Shown one piece after another: positions 1 through 12,275 of a stretch of 64,000 bases of DNA. The notes under the pieces are model-generated. The model had not been told where the DNA came from, did not search any database, and saw nothing but the letters and a program-made list of their open reading frames with translations. The translations under genes and the position numbers were made by a program. Within the stretch, counting starts at the first letter, position 1. Each line of letters starts with the position of its first letter. This DNA is from the human T2T-CHM13v2.0 reference genome, Homo sapiens: the NCBI RefSeq assembly GCF_009914755.1, contig NC_060929.1. One strand, written 5' to 3'.

Positions 1-198
1 ACGCCATTGTTCTGCCTCAGCCTCCCGAGTAGCTGGGACTACAGGCGCCCGCCACCGCGCCCGGCTAATTTTTTGTATTTTTAGTAGAGACGGGGTTCAC
101 CTTGTTAGCCAGGATGGTCTTGATCTCCTGACCTCATGATCCACCTGCCTCGGCCTCCCAAAGTGCTGGGATTACAGGCGTGAGCCATCGCGCCCGGC
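1..198 (-). mobile_element. AluY-lineage element, cut by the window edge
   Basis: acgccatt..., ttagccaggatggtct and many retained CpGs; ends ...cgcccggc. Confidence 0.92.
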
Positions 199-519
199 GA
201 GAAGTGGCTCTTAATGTGGGCTTTATTATTCCTTTACCCTCATGTGAAAGTCTTTGTGTTTTCAAGGCTTGTGAAGTTTGGTTGTATTGCATTTTATCCC
301 TGCTCATTGTCGAAATCTTTGGAACTTCTGTTCATTCCTCCTTATTCATCAATGCATGTGCTCTCTGGTTTAGTCTCTTTTTCTACTTTTGGTCATTTTG
401 GGATGACGTTAGCAGTCACGTGGAAGACCCACCTAAAATTTAGTTTCTACATTTATTGATCTAAAAATAGTGTTGACTGAGGGATGGTAGCTGATAAGCA
501 AATTTAAGTCAAGAGACTT

Positions 520-700
520 TTTCTAAGAAAGACAGAAGAAGGCTCTTAGGTCTTCTTGTTTCTGTTGAGTAACTAGCACCAACTCCGGACTGCTTACTTT
601 ACTTATGAATTTCATTTCATGAGAGACATAAAACCTTATTTATCTAGGTTAATTTTAGACATATTTCTGCCACAGTAGCTGAAAGCAACCCTAACTGAAA
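520..700 (+). mobile_element. Old MaLR (MLT1-type) LTR 3' fragment
   Basis: Ends agctgaaagcaaccctaactga, resembling the MLT1 terminus; heavily diverged. Confidence 0.45.
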
Positions 701-1337
701 GAGTAGGTAAAATGTTGACAAAAATAGATAATATGGCTTAGCACAGTACCGCTAGTTTGATTGCTGTAGTTTGTTCGTTCCTTTTTTAGAAGGTGCTTGC
801 TCCCAAATGCAGGAGCTTCTTGTGGCACTAAGTTTATGAAGGTAGAAGAATTCTAGTGCATCAATTAGATGTTACGGTGGATTTTAAAATCTGGCCATCA
901 CACCTTGCTTTTGTAAATATCTATATTTTGAAGGCCTGGTACTTACCCTCCTGCCAGCTCCATACTTTCTGATGGAATTCTTAGGAAGTTTTTACTGCTG
1001 CCAATTGGCAATCATATCACAAAATATTTTAAAGCTATGTATATATTTCAGTTTTTGGTGATGTGACAATAGTATTTATGAAAATAAATTCGTGAGTTCT
1101 TGAAATGTATTATAGGGCTCAACTTTTTAATAAGAATAAAATAAATATTGTAAGGAATTGATTTTAATGGCTATTAAATATATTCAGAGAAAATAAGGTA
1201 ATTGTATTTCACATTGCCCTTTCTGATTGTTTAGTTTTAGGTACTGCTTTGGATACTCAGTTTCTAATTAATTTCTAGCAAAAGGTTTATTCTAGCTATG
1301 AACGGTATAATTTTTATATAGCATCTCCCTTGAAAGC

Positions 1338-1418
1338 ATATACATGCATATATATATGTATATAAACTGTTTAATATATGTACATATACATATATATAAA
1401 GTCTGTATACATATAAAC
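1338..1418. repeat. Degenerate (TA)n/(TACA) low-complexity tract
   Basis: atatacatgcatatatatatgtatata... read directly. Confidence 0.75.
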
Positions 1419-2781
1419 TGTTTTTGCTCTTTTCTTAAAGAAGAGGGTGAGAGAGAATGAGGAGCAGAGCAGTAGAAAGTATGGTCAAAGTTAGAAAATA
1501 AATCAAAAGGATAATGATAGGTGAATGCTTTAATCTGTGTCTAATATTTTAGCCACATAAGCCTTGGAGTCTTTATAGTTTACTTTTTATTATATTTTTC
1601 TATGGATTTAAAAATGTTTTGTATACTTTATTTTGATGAATAAATATATCTGTAGGGATATGAGAACATTGAATATATGATAAAAATTTACCCCCAGATA
1701 TAGACTGTAAATAACCCTGAGGGGACTGGGAAAGAGGAAAAGTATGAAATGGGTTTTAGCCTTTTTACTCAATCACAGCGGGTAAGATGTTTCTATATTC
1801 CTAATGTCATAAAGGTATATATCCTGCAGTAATTAGTAAAAACAGACTGTTTGTTTTGTTTGTGATAGTAAAAAAGGGTTGGCTGCCTTAAAGTCTCTCT
1901 TTGCCAATCATTTTTTTTAATTAAAGAAGCACACAAAAATAGATTCCTCTGTTCCAGAATGTGTTACTGCTAATCCATTGTAAGTGGTGCCAGAACAAAG
2001 TATAAATACTTTATTAGATGAAGCTACATCTTGTAAGTCAATTCCTATCTCACCAGATGTTGCTAGCTGGAATCTAGACATCTAAGGTACTGTTTACTAG
2101 AATCACAGAAATCCTTGGTTATATGGTTTATCTGTTGCATTATTTCACCCAAAGCAATGTTGGCTTTTCCTTTGCATTTAAGTTAACAGAAATAAGGTAC
2201 ATGATCCTTTTAAGGAATTGGGCTTACAAAGAAGGAGGTGATTTTTTTTTTTTAAAGGAAGTCATTAAAAATGTCTGGCTATCAAGAAATGAATAACTCT
2301 CTAGTGATAGGTTTTCTGTGAATGAAGGGAGTAGTAACAGAATAAGAGGGCCTGTTGATTAAAAAATGTTCCAGAAATATGACCTTGTCTCCAAGTTAAA
2401 AATACTTTAAAATATCAGGGGAAAAACGTACAAAATACAGATAGAAGTAATTACAAAGCAGAGTCTCGTAGCCTTGAGTCATCAAGAGAAAGTCAAACCA
2501 TGTACATTTTGAACTGTTTGAAAAGACACAAATACATAATTTGGTTTTTGAAGATAATCTTTTTAAAGATATGGCTGAATGAGGCATTTCATTAGTGCCT
2601 TTTAGTTCCAAGGTAAGTTATTGTTTTAAAAATTGTGAATTTCTAAAGTTTTAAGATATCTAATAATTAGCTGTTTGTTTTTTGTACCTTTACACCCTCA
2701 AGATAATTTATGGATACTTTGTTTGAATCTATGTATGATTCTTAAGCAGTGAAGCAATTGCAGATATTAACACATTAGTAC

Positions 2782-2952
2782 CTTTTTTGTCTTTCTTTTT
2801 TGTTTTACATTTTTTAACTTAAAAAAATGTTTTGTAGAGACACAGTCATGTTTTGTTGCCCAGGCTGGTCTCAAACTCCTGGCTTCAAGCAGTCTTCCTG
2901 ACCAGGCCTCCCAAAGTAAAAGGATTACAGGCATAAGCCTCCGTGCCTGGCC
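2782..2952 (-). mobile_element. Alu left monomer (FLAM/AluJ-like) with T-rich tail
   Basis: ttgtagagac...gcccaggctggtctcaaactcctggcttcaagcag...cctggcc; single monomer only. Confidence 0.85.
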
Positions 2953-2967
2953 CTACCCATTAATTCT

Positions 2968-4066
2968 TTCTTATCCCCTCCCCTCCCCGCCTCCCCTCTC
3001 CTCTCCCCTCCTTTCCCTCCCCTCTCCTCTCCCCTCCTTCCCCTCCCCTCTCCTCTCCCCTCCCCTCCCCCCCTTCCTCTGCCCTCCCTTCCCCTCCCCC
3101 CTCCTCCTCTCCTCTCCCCTCTTTTCCTCCCCTCCCCTTCTCCTCCCATCCCTTCCCTTATCCTCCCCTTCTCCTCCCCTCACCTTCTCCTCTCCTCCCC
3201 TCCCCTTCTCCTCTCCTCTCCTCCCCTCCCCTTCTCCTCTCCTCCTCTCACCTCCCTTCTCCTCCCCTCCCCTTCTCCTGTCCTCCCCTCCCCTTCTCCT
3301 CTCCTCCCCTTCTCTTCCCTTCCCCTCCCCTCCCCTTTTCCTCCCCTCCCTGCCCCTCCCCTCTCCTCCCGTCTCCTCCCTTCCCCTCTCTTCCCCTCCT
3401 CTTCTCCCCTCCCCTCCCCCTCTCCTCCCTTCCTCGCCCCTCCCCTTTTTCTCTCTTCCCCTCCCTTTCCCACCCCTTCTCCTCCCCTCTTCCCCTCTTT
3501 TCCCTCCCCTCCTTTTTTCCTCCCCTTCTTCTCCCCTCCCCTTCTCCTCTCCTCCCCTCCCCTCCCCTTTTCCACCCCTTTTCCTCTTCTTTTCTTCCTC
3601 TCCCCTCTCCTCCCCTCCCCTCTGCCTCTCCTCCCCTCCCCTCTGCCTCTCCTCCCCTCCCCTTTTTCTCCCCTCCCCTCCCTGCCTCTTCTCCTTTCCT
3701 CCCTTCCCCTCCCCTCCCCTCTCCTTTCCCTCCCCTCCCCTCCCTTTCCTGCCCCTTCTCCTCACCTCTCTTCCCCTCCCCTCTCTTCCCCTCTCCTTTC
3801 CTCCCCTCCCCTCCCCTTCTCCTCCTCTCCCCTTCTTTTTTCCTCCCCTCCCCCTCCCCGTTTCCTCCCCCCTTCCCCTTTTCTTACCCTCCCCTTCTCC
3901 TCCCCTCCCTTTTCCCTCTTCTCCTCTCCCCCTCTTCTCCCCTCCCCTCCCCTCCCCTTCGTGCCCCTTCTCCTCCCCTCCCCTCCCCTTCCTGCCCCTT
4001 CTCTTCCCCTCCTCTGCCCTCCCCTCCTCCTCTCCCCTCCTTTTTTCCTTCCCTCTCCTTCCTTTT
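2968..4066. repeat. ~1.1 kb polypyrimidine/polypurine tract (CCCCT, CTCCT, CCCTT units)
   Basis: Almost only C/T on the + strand; source of the G/E/R/K-rich minus-strand ORFs. Confidence 0.97.
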
Positions 4067-4342
4067 TGAGACAGGGTCTCGCTCTGTCTCCCAGGCTGGT
4101 TGTGCCATCTGGGTTCACTGCAACCTCTGTCTCCTGAGTTCAAATGATTCTCCTGCCTTAGCTTTCTGAGTAGCTGGGAGTACAGGTGAGCAACAGTACA
4201 CTCTACTGATTTTTGTATTTTTAGTAGAGACAGGGTTTCACCATGTTGCCCAGACTGGGCTCGAACTCCTAACCTCAAGTGATCCATCTGCCTTGGCCTC
4301 CCAAAGTGTTGAGATCACACGCGTGAGCCAACGCCCCTGGCC
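4063..4342 (-). mobile_element. Alu (Jb/Sx age), dimeric
   Basis: tttttgagacagggtctcgctctg...tttttgtatttttagtagagac...cctggcc. Confidence 0.92.
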
Positions 4343-4477
4343 CAACTCATTAGTTCTATGAATAATTTTGTTGCTCCCCTATCAGTGTAGGGAAGGAAGA
4401 AAACGATTTGACTTAAATTACATTATAGATTTGATTATAAGAATTCTTATTCTGAGTAAGAACTTTTTATTATTATC

Positions 4478-4610
4478 TTTGGAAAAGTTATTTAACCACT
4501 CTAGGCTTTGGCTTTCTAATCTATAAAATGAGGATAATAACAGGACCTGCTATATAGTGTTCATAGAAGATTAAAATGGGCGATGGTGCTTGGCTTATAG
4601 TTAGTGCTGC
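4478..4610 (+). mobile_element. MIR fragment
   Basis: aagttatttaaccactct...ctaatctataaaatgaggataataac resembles the MIR core. Confidence 0.7.
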
Positions 4611-5038
4611 TGTCAGTGTTTGAGACCTTTTCTAAGCAGGTTAGTATTCTCTTTTCAACAGAGACTTCAAATGGTATATTGTGACTATTATCTTTTATGT
4701 AGCCCTTAAAACTTCAGCAATAGTGATTGTTACTCTGTTTTTTCCATGTATTTTTTTTTCCGTGTATTTTACAATAAAAAAAATTTGGTGTCTCACTGAG
4801 CTACACTGAGATTTAATAAACTTATGTCACTGAACGAAGGATTTCTGAAATGTAGATCCAAACTTTCCTGTGTTTATATCCAAGGGCCTCTCCTCTTAGT
4901 GTTTTATCTTTAATGAAAAAAGTTTGTGATCATTTTATGTCATTAATATTGCATAGTTTTCATTCATGTCTAAATTCTCTTATCATTCCAGGCCAAAAAT
5001 GGCTCTTTTCTTGAGATGTGGTATTAAAAATAGTGCAT

Positions 5039-5284
<246 letters not shown>

Positions 5285-5391
5285 TTAGGTATAAATTAAC
5301 CAAGTTTTATATATAATATTGTCCATTTGAATGTGGTAATTGTTCAAATATAGGAGGTAGAGGCCCTCCATCCTTCCAATATCTTAAATTT

Positions 5392-5412
5392 TGTGTGTGT
5401 GTGTGTGTGTGT
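5392..5412. repeat. (TG)n microsatellite, about 10 units
   Basis: Read directly. Confidence 0.9.
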
Positions 5413-5453
5413 TTCATTTTTTAAAATTATACTTGGTTATATCACTTGGTTAC

Positions 5454-7569
5454 ATTTTTTTTTTATTATACTTTAAGTTCTGGGATACATGTGCAGAATG
5501 TGCAGGTTTGTACATAGGTATACACATGCCATGGTGGTTTGCTGCACCCATCAACCCATCATCTACATTAGGTATTTCTCCTAATGCTATCCCTCACCTA
5601 GCCCCCTACCCCCTGACAGGCCCTGGTGTGTAATATTCCTCTCCCTGTGTCCATGTGTTCTCATTGTTCAACTCCCACTTATGAGTGAGAACATGCGGTG
5701 TTTGGTTTTCTGTTCCTGTGTTAGTTTGCTGAGAATGATGGTTTCCCGCTTCATCCATGTTCCTGCAAAAGACATGAACTCATCTTTTTTTATGGCAGCA
5801 TAGTATTCCATGGTGTGCATGTGCCACATTTTCTTTATCCAGCCTATCACTGATGGACATTTGGGTTGGTTCCAAGTCTTTGCTATTGTGAATAGTGCTG
5901 CAGTAAACATACATTTGCATGTGTCTTTATAGTAGAATGATTTATAATCCTTTGGGTATATAGCCAGTAATGGGATTGCTGGGTCAAATGGTATTTCTAG
6001 TTCTAGATCCTTGAGGAATTGCCACATTGTCTTCCACAATAGGTGAACTAATTTACACTCCCACCAACAGTGGAGAAACGTGTTCCTGTTTCTCTACATC
6101 CTCTCCAGCATCTGTTGTTTCCTGACTTTTTAATGATTACCATTCTAGCTGGCATGAGATTGTATCTCATTGTGGTTTTGATTTGCATTTCTCTAATGAC
6201 CAGTGATGATGAGCTTTTTTTTGTATGTTTGTTGGCTACATAAATGTCTTCTTTTGAGAAGTGCCTGTTCATATCCTTTGCCCACTTTTTTTTTTTTTTG
6301 ATAGGGTTGTTTGTTTTTTTCTTGTAAATTTGTTTAAGTTCCTTGTAGATTCTGGATATTAGCCCTGGGGTTGTTCTTTTCTTGTAAATTTGTTTAAGTT
6401 CCTTGTAGATTCTGGATATTAGCCCTTTGTCAGATGGATAGATTGCAAAAATTTTCTCCCATTTTGTAGGTTGCCTGTTCACTCTGATGATACTTTCTTT
6501 TGCTGTGCAAAAGCTCCTTAGTTTAATTAGATCCCATTTGTCAATTTTGGCTTTTGTTGCCATTGCTTTTGGTGTTTTAGTCATGAAGTGTTTGCCCATG
6601 CCTATGTCCTGAATGGTATTGCCTAGGTTTTCTTCTAGAGTTTTTATGATTTTAGGTCTTACGTTTAAGTCTTTAATCTATCTTGAGTTAATTTTTTAAT
6701 AAGGTGTGAGGAAGGGGTCCAGTTTTAGTTTTCTGCATATGGCTAGCCAGTTTTCCCAACACTGTTTATTAAATAGGGAATCCTTTCCCCATTGCTTGTT
6801 TTTGTTAGATTTGTCAAAGATTAGATGGTTATAGATGTGTGGTGTTATTTCTGAGGCCTCTGTTCTGTTTCATTGGTCTATATATGTGTTTTGGTACCAG
6901 TACCATGCTGTTTTGGTTACTGTAGCTTTGTAGTATAGGTTGAAGTCAGGTAGCATGATGCTTCCAGCTTTATTCTTTTTGCTTAGGATTATCTTGGCTG
7001 TATAGGCTCATTTTTGGTTCCATATGAAATTTAAACTAGTTTTTTTTCTAATTCTATGAAGAAAGTCAATGGTAACTTGATGCGGATAGCATTGAAGCAC
7101 TGAATCTATAAACTACTTTGGGCAGTATGAACATTTTTACGATATTGATTCTTCCTACCCATGAGCATGGAATTTTTTTCCATTTGTTTGTGTCCTCTCT
7201 GATTTCCTTGAGCAGTGGTTTGTAGTTCTCCTTGAAGAGGTCCTTTGCATCCCTTGTAAGTTGTATTCCTAGATATTTTATTCTCTCTGTAGCAGTTTTG
7301 AATGGGAGTTCACTCATTATTTGGCTGTTTGTCTATTATTGGTGTATAGGAATGCTTGTGATTTTTGTACACTGATTTTGTATCCTGAGACTGCTGAAGT
7401 TCTTTATCAGCTTAAGGAGATTTTGGCTGAGACGATGGCGTTTTCTAAAATTTGACTTCCTCTCTTCCTGTTTGAATACCCTTTATTTCTTTCTCTTGCC
7501 TGATTGCCCTGGCGAGAACTTTCAATACTGTGTTGAATAGGAGTGGTGAGACAGGGCATCCTTGTCTTG
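5454..7569 (-). mobile_element. 5'-truncated L1PA (L1PA7-like): 3' UTR plus frameshifted ORF2 C-terminal part
   Basis: Tail ttattatactttaagttctgggatacatgtgcag; ORF2 remnants 5668..6039, 6048..6599, 7066..7317 ([23 protein letters not shown]). Confidence 0.95.
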
Positions 7570-7679
7570 GTTTTGAATGAATGACTGATGCCCAGCGTTT
7601 GCTTGGCTTTCTGTATGTAATCTAGGCAACCTGGCTTACTACAAAGAGAGTAAGCAAAGAGTTACTTTGTTATCTTTTC

Positions 7680-7800
7680 TGTGCCTTAGTGCAAGTCATT
7701 TCACCCCCTCTGACCTTCATTTTCTCATGTATTATGAAGTGAAAAAGCTGAAATAGAAAATCTTTAACACAGAAGGTTCCTTCTACCACTGATTGTTTAA
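7680..7800 (+). mobile_element. MIR/MIR3 fragment
   Basis: gcaagtcatttcaccccctctgaccttcattttctcat...aaggttccttct. Confidence 0.55.
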
Positions 7801-8540
7801 GACCATTTCATTATATGACAGCGTTGTAAAAAATGTGATAGAATAAAAATTATGGCCCAGTAATTTTCACACTTATTTTTAATGTTAATCTTTTTAGTAA
7901 TGCCCTATTTACATAAACGTATATTGACCAACTTATTTTTGTCTTGGGAGTTCGTTGCTTTTTAAAATTCTTTCTTTGCTGACATCTAATCAGCAACTAT
8001 ATTGGACTCCAAAATATGGGAAGAAACTTCAAACCACATGTGCTAATTACTGTGAAAAGAGATGCTAGCGAAGCAAATAAAAAGTTAGCTAGTTTTCCAG
8101 CTACTGCACTGTAGGTGTGTGAATAGCCAGAGGGAGATTATCCAGTGACCTTGCTACTGCTGAGCTGTAAATGTTGCTGTACAGTTTCCTGGAATTATCA
8201 GGGCTTTAGGCTCTTGCTGAGAAAAAATATCTTTGGGACTACAGCTATATTTCTGACAGTGGATTTTGGGGCAAGGTGTCGCTTTAGTTAGAGATAATGT
8301 TCTAAAAACTGGATGGGAAATGAAAGATTAACAAATGCATATATCTACAGAAGGAACAGGATTGGAAAAAAAGAAAAAAGCGTATATGCACATTTTTATT
8401 GCATAGAATCTATGTGAATCATGCAATTCTTAACCCATTTTCCTGATTAATATATTACATATAGGGGTGATTTTTCTTTTCTTAGACATTTAAGGTAGCT
8501 GCTGCTTATAAGGTAAATATGCAGTGATTCTTTCTCAGCT

Positions 8541-9009
8541 ATATATTAGTTGTCTAGGACCTCCATAAAAAATTACCACAAATTTGGTGGCTGAAAACAA
8601 CAGAAATTTCTTCTTTCACAGTTCGGGAGGCCAGAAGTCCAAAGTCAAGGTTTTGCCAGGGTTGATTCCTTCAGGAGTCTCTGAATGAGAATTGTTCCCT
8701 GCCTCTATCCTAGCTTCTTGTGGCTGCTGGAGATCCTATCATTCCTTGGTTCATAAACACATCACTCTAATCTGTCTCCTTCTTCACATCGCCTTCTGTG
8801 TTTCTTCCTCTTCTAAGTCTCTTACGAGGAAACTTGTCATTGGATTTAGGGTCCCTGGATAATCCTGTTTGATCTCATGTTGAGACCCTTGACTTAATTA
8901 AATCTGCAAAACTTGCTTTTCCAAATAAGGTTACATTCATAGGTTCTTAGTGGAAATATCTTCTGAGTGGGGTGCGGGGAGGTGGTAGTCACCATCCAAC
9001 CCACCTACA
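8541..9009 (-). mobile_element. MaLR solo LTR (MLT1B/MLT1C-like)
   Basis: tatattagtt...taccacaaatttggtggctgaaaacaacagaaatt...ggaggccagaagtccaaa...ttccaaataaggttacattc...taca. Confidence 0.88.
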
Positions 9010-9444
9010 GTTTGTGTCTATCTTCTGTTTAATTATCAAGAAAGTTCTCAAAAATTAAAACTTTGGTTGTGGGTGAAATCTTTAACTTGAGAGAAGCTGG
9101 TTCTTTCTGCCCTTTTATTCAAGTAATTTTTTGAGTACTTCTCTGTGAGTCATAATATTTCGGGACTGGAAGATACTATAAAATATTTTTCTTTTGCCAG
9201 AAGCACAGATACTTTGTTTATGGTCCAACTCTGAGTTAGAGTCAAAGCCAGGCCTAGAGCATAGATTCTGAATCAAGTGTTTACGTCTGTATTATGAGAC
9301 CAGAAAGTCCTCTGTTTATTACATTATTGGAGCAATTAAATATACATTTATTGAGCAGACTTCAAATAGCATTACTTTTTGAATGGTTTGGGAAAGAGTC
9401 CTTGGGAAATATGAGGTCTGTGTCTTGCAAGAACTATTTATTCA

Positions 9445-9562
9445 AGGCAGTCAACATAGCATAATGATTAATAGCAAAAAATTTGTATTAAAGCTGAATT
9501 TAAATTTCGGCTGCTTGACCACATGACGTTCAGCAAATCACTTAGTATTTCTAGGGCTCACA
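9445..9562 (+). mobile_element. MIR 5' fragment
   Basis: ggcag...atagcataatgattaatagca...gcaaatcactta. Confidence 0.5.
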
Positions 9563-10669
9563 GTCCTGGCTCACACTATTTGGAAAATACCTGGGGATTC
9601 ATTGGGAGCAAAGGGATTGAGGGGATTTTCAAATTCTCAATATTTAAACTTTTTATTCAAGGAAAATGATTCTGCTTAATATAAAAAATACAATTTTAAT
9701 AACAGTGGCTATTATTTTACCTTTAATAATTTTGCTAAACCTTTGATACAGTTATTTGGTGAGTACCCATTCTTAATTTTTAGATGATAATTGTAGTTTG
9801 GATGATGACTCTTAATCAGATGTCTTCATGGTTATAAGTCTGATGTTTGGAGTTACACAATGGCTGCTTTAGGCCAGTGGTTTATTATGTTGTTTATTTC
9901 ATATTGATTCTCCTATGCTTATTGCCTGTTGACGTAATAGTTAATGAACTTCTGAAAATACCCAGTGTACAACAATTCTCATGGGTACTTTATTAATTCA
10001 AGCAGACTAGAGCCTATTACATAGAAATAGAGACCTGGTCCTAAGATTTCTAACTTACATTCATATTGATAAAAATTAAGCCCTGGAGGTGTTATTTATA
10101 ATATTTGGTAATTGGTAATGTTGGGATTAAATAATACATTTTTATTTCTAGGTATGTACTAGGCCTTTCTTGAACTTGTTTTATTAAGAAGTTAAATATT
10201 CTCTGTATTAACACTTTTAGCTATTTATAAGTACAGCAAACTAGTTTTCAAATTAAAATAATTAGAAAAATCAATCTTTTTGAAAAATGCAAAGGAAAAT
10301 ATCTTTTAACTCCCAAGATAGTATTCCTCTGTTGTTTTTGAGAATTTCCTACTATTTAAATAGGGATAACTACAGATTCTTAAAATCAGTCTGAGTTAAA
10401 AAGATTACCTATAATTGGAATGACTTGGGTTAAATTTGAGTACTTTAATTTCATTTTTTTCTTATGTGTCATTTGAGGTTTCTTAGCACAAAACAATAGT
10501 TCAAGTAAATATATTCCCTTTTATTTACTATTTAAATGATGTCTAATAGCTCCTGTCTTGCTTAACTTCATCATTAATATGTAGCATTTATTTTAATATT
10601 TTAATAATTTGAGTTAAGAAACCAATAAATCCCCCTGCCTTCTTGTAGCTTAGATTGTATTGTGAGTGT

Positions 10670-11446
10670 GTGCTTGGGCCTCTAGATATCTGGCTTGTAT
10701 AACAGAGGTAGTAGTACCATTCATTGAAATGGGAAACTGATAAAAGGCCAGCTTTGGGAATTATGAGTTCAGTAATATATTGACTTTTATCTACCTCTTG
10801 CGACATCTAAATAGAAGTCACACGGATGTTTCAACATTCAAGTTTGGAGCTCAGTGAAAAAAGTTTAAGTTGCAGATTTAAATTTGTGAGTAGACTTGGT
10901 TCAGGTGGTAATTGAAGTTGAGACATAAAAGAGATTACCTAGGGAGAAAGTACAGAGTGAGAAAAGAAGAAACCTGGAATCAGTAGAGCCTAGAATCACA
11001 TTACCATTTAATGACCTGGTAGAGGAGGGTGAGCCTGCTGAAGAAACTGAGAATGTGTAGTCTGAGAGGTTGGAGGATAGTGTGGTAGGGGAATAAATGT
11101 TTCATGTAGGCATACATGGTCAATAGAGTGGAATTGTGTTGAGACGTCAAGTAAGAGAAGTGGAAAATGTGTCTGTTAGATTGGTGAAATGGAGTCTGTT
11201 GGTTTCCTAAGACCATCTGCTTTGGTGTAGTTATGGGGTGACAGCCAAATAAGAGCAGATTGAGGAATGAGTGAGAGTAGAGAAAATGGAGACAGTGAGC
11301 ATATATAACTCTTTTAGGAATTTTTTTTTATAAAGGGCAAGCAGTAGCTGGAACAGAATATGTGGTGAAGGGAGAGGTTCATCCTTCTCTTTCTTCTGCT
11401 CTTTCCTTCCTTTATTTCCTACTCTCTTCCCTCCTTTTTTTCCCTA

Positions 11447-11498
<52 letters not shown>

Positions 11499-12275
11499 AA
11501 AAACTGAAGGGCTGATGGGAAAGAACCATTTGAGAAGGGATGGTTGACAGTACCTCAGAGATCCATTAGGTTCTTGTAAGGTGTAAGGTTCTTAGGAGGT
11601 CAGGAAGCAATGAGATCCAAAGTTAAGTAGAGTGGTAATCCTAAGATGGGAGTTATCTGCCTCATGTTTCAAAAAAAGGAAGGAGATTATAATAGGTAGA
11701 GAATTTTATAGCTTTGAAAAAACAAAATGAAGAGGTTCCTACCTTTGTTAATTCTAAAGAAGCTAGAAGGTATGGAAAAAAGTTGTTTTAGACATAGAAA
11801 AGTAAGAAGAGTTTGAAATGGTTGACAATGAGAGTGGAAAATAAGAAATGAGTTGGCCAGATATTTAGGGCCCATTTGAAGTTAGTAATCATGTGATACT
11901 CGGTAACAGTGTTTAGTTGCTTGGGTGTGAACTCAGAGAGAGCAGATAGTTGGATCCATCCAGGGCTGAATTTTGCCACAAGGGAGCACCTAAGAGACAG
12001 GGTAGCAAGGGAATTTAGAATATTGGCAAGAGTATCATTGAAAATGATGTAGCATGGCATCTAAGTTAGATAAAGAGAGAAGAGAAGAGAAGATGATTGA
12101 TTGGGAGAAAGTGGGAGACTACAAGACTTAAGAGTTCCAGTGAGATTGAAAAATGGTTACAGCAGAACTGGTTGAAAGCAAACTGATGGGATAGGAGACT
12201 GTGGCCAGAAAGAGGGGAGCTTGAATTTAGAGCTATTCCATGTGATGATAGTGTCCAAGACAAAGCCATGACTGA
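10670..12275 (-). mobile_element. LINE-2 remnant interrupted by a microsatellite
   Basis: Purine-rich L2 antisense motifs: gtaccattcattgaaatgggaa, gagattacctagggagaaagtacagagtgagaaaaga, atggagacagtgagcata. Confidence 0.8.
11446..11496. repeat. Compound (TC)n(AC)~20 microsatellite
   Basis: Read directly; explains the HTHT ORF. Confidence 0.95.

Noticed and set aside
2925-4287. 438-aa and overlapping G/E/R/K-rich minus-strand ORFs
   Set aside because: A purine-only strand almost cannot contain stop codons, and the start lies in an Alu; artefact of the repeat.
5668-7317. L1 ORF2-like ORFs as genes or an active element
   Set aside because: 5'-truncated and frameshifted, with no ORF1 or promoter.
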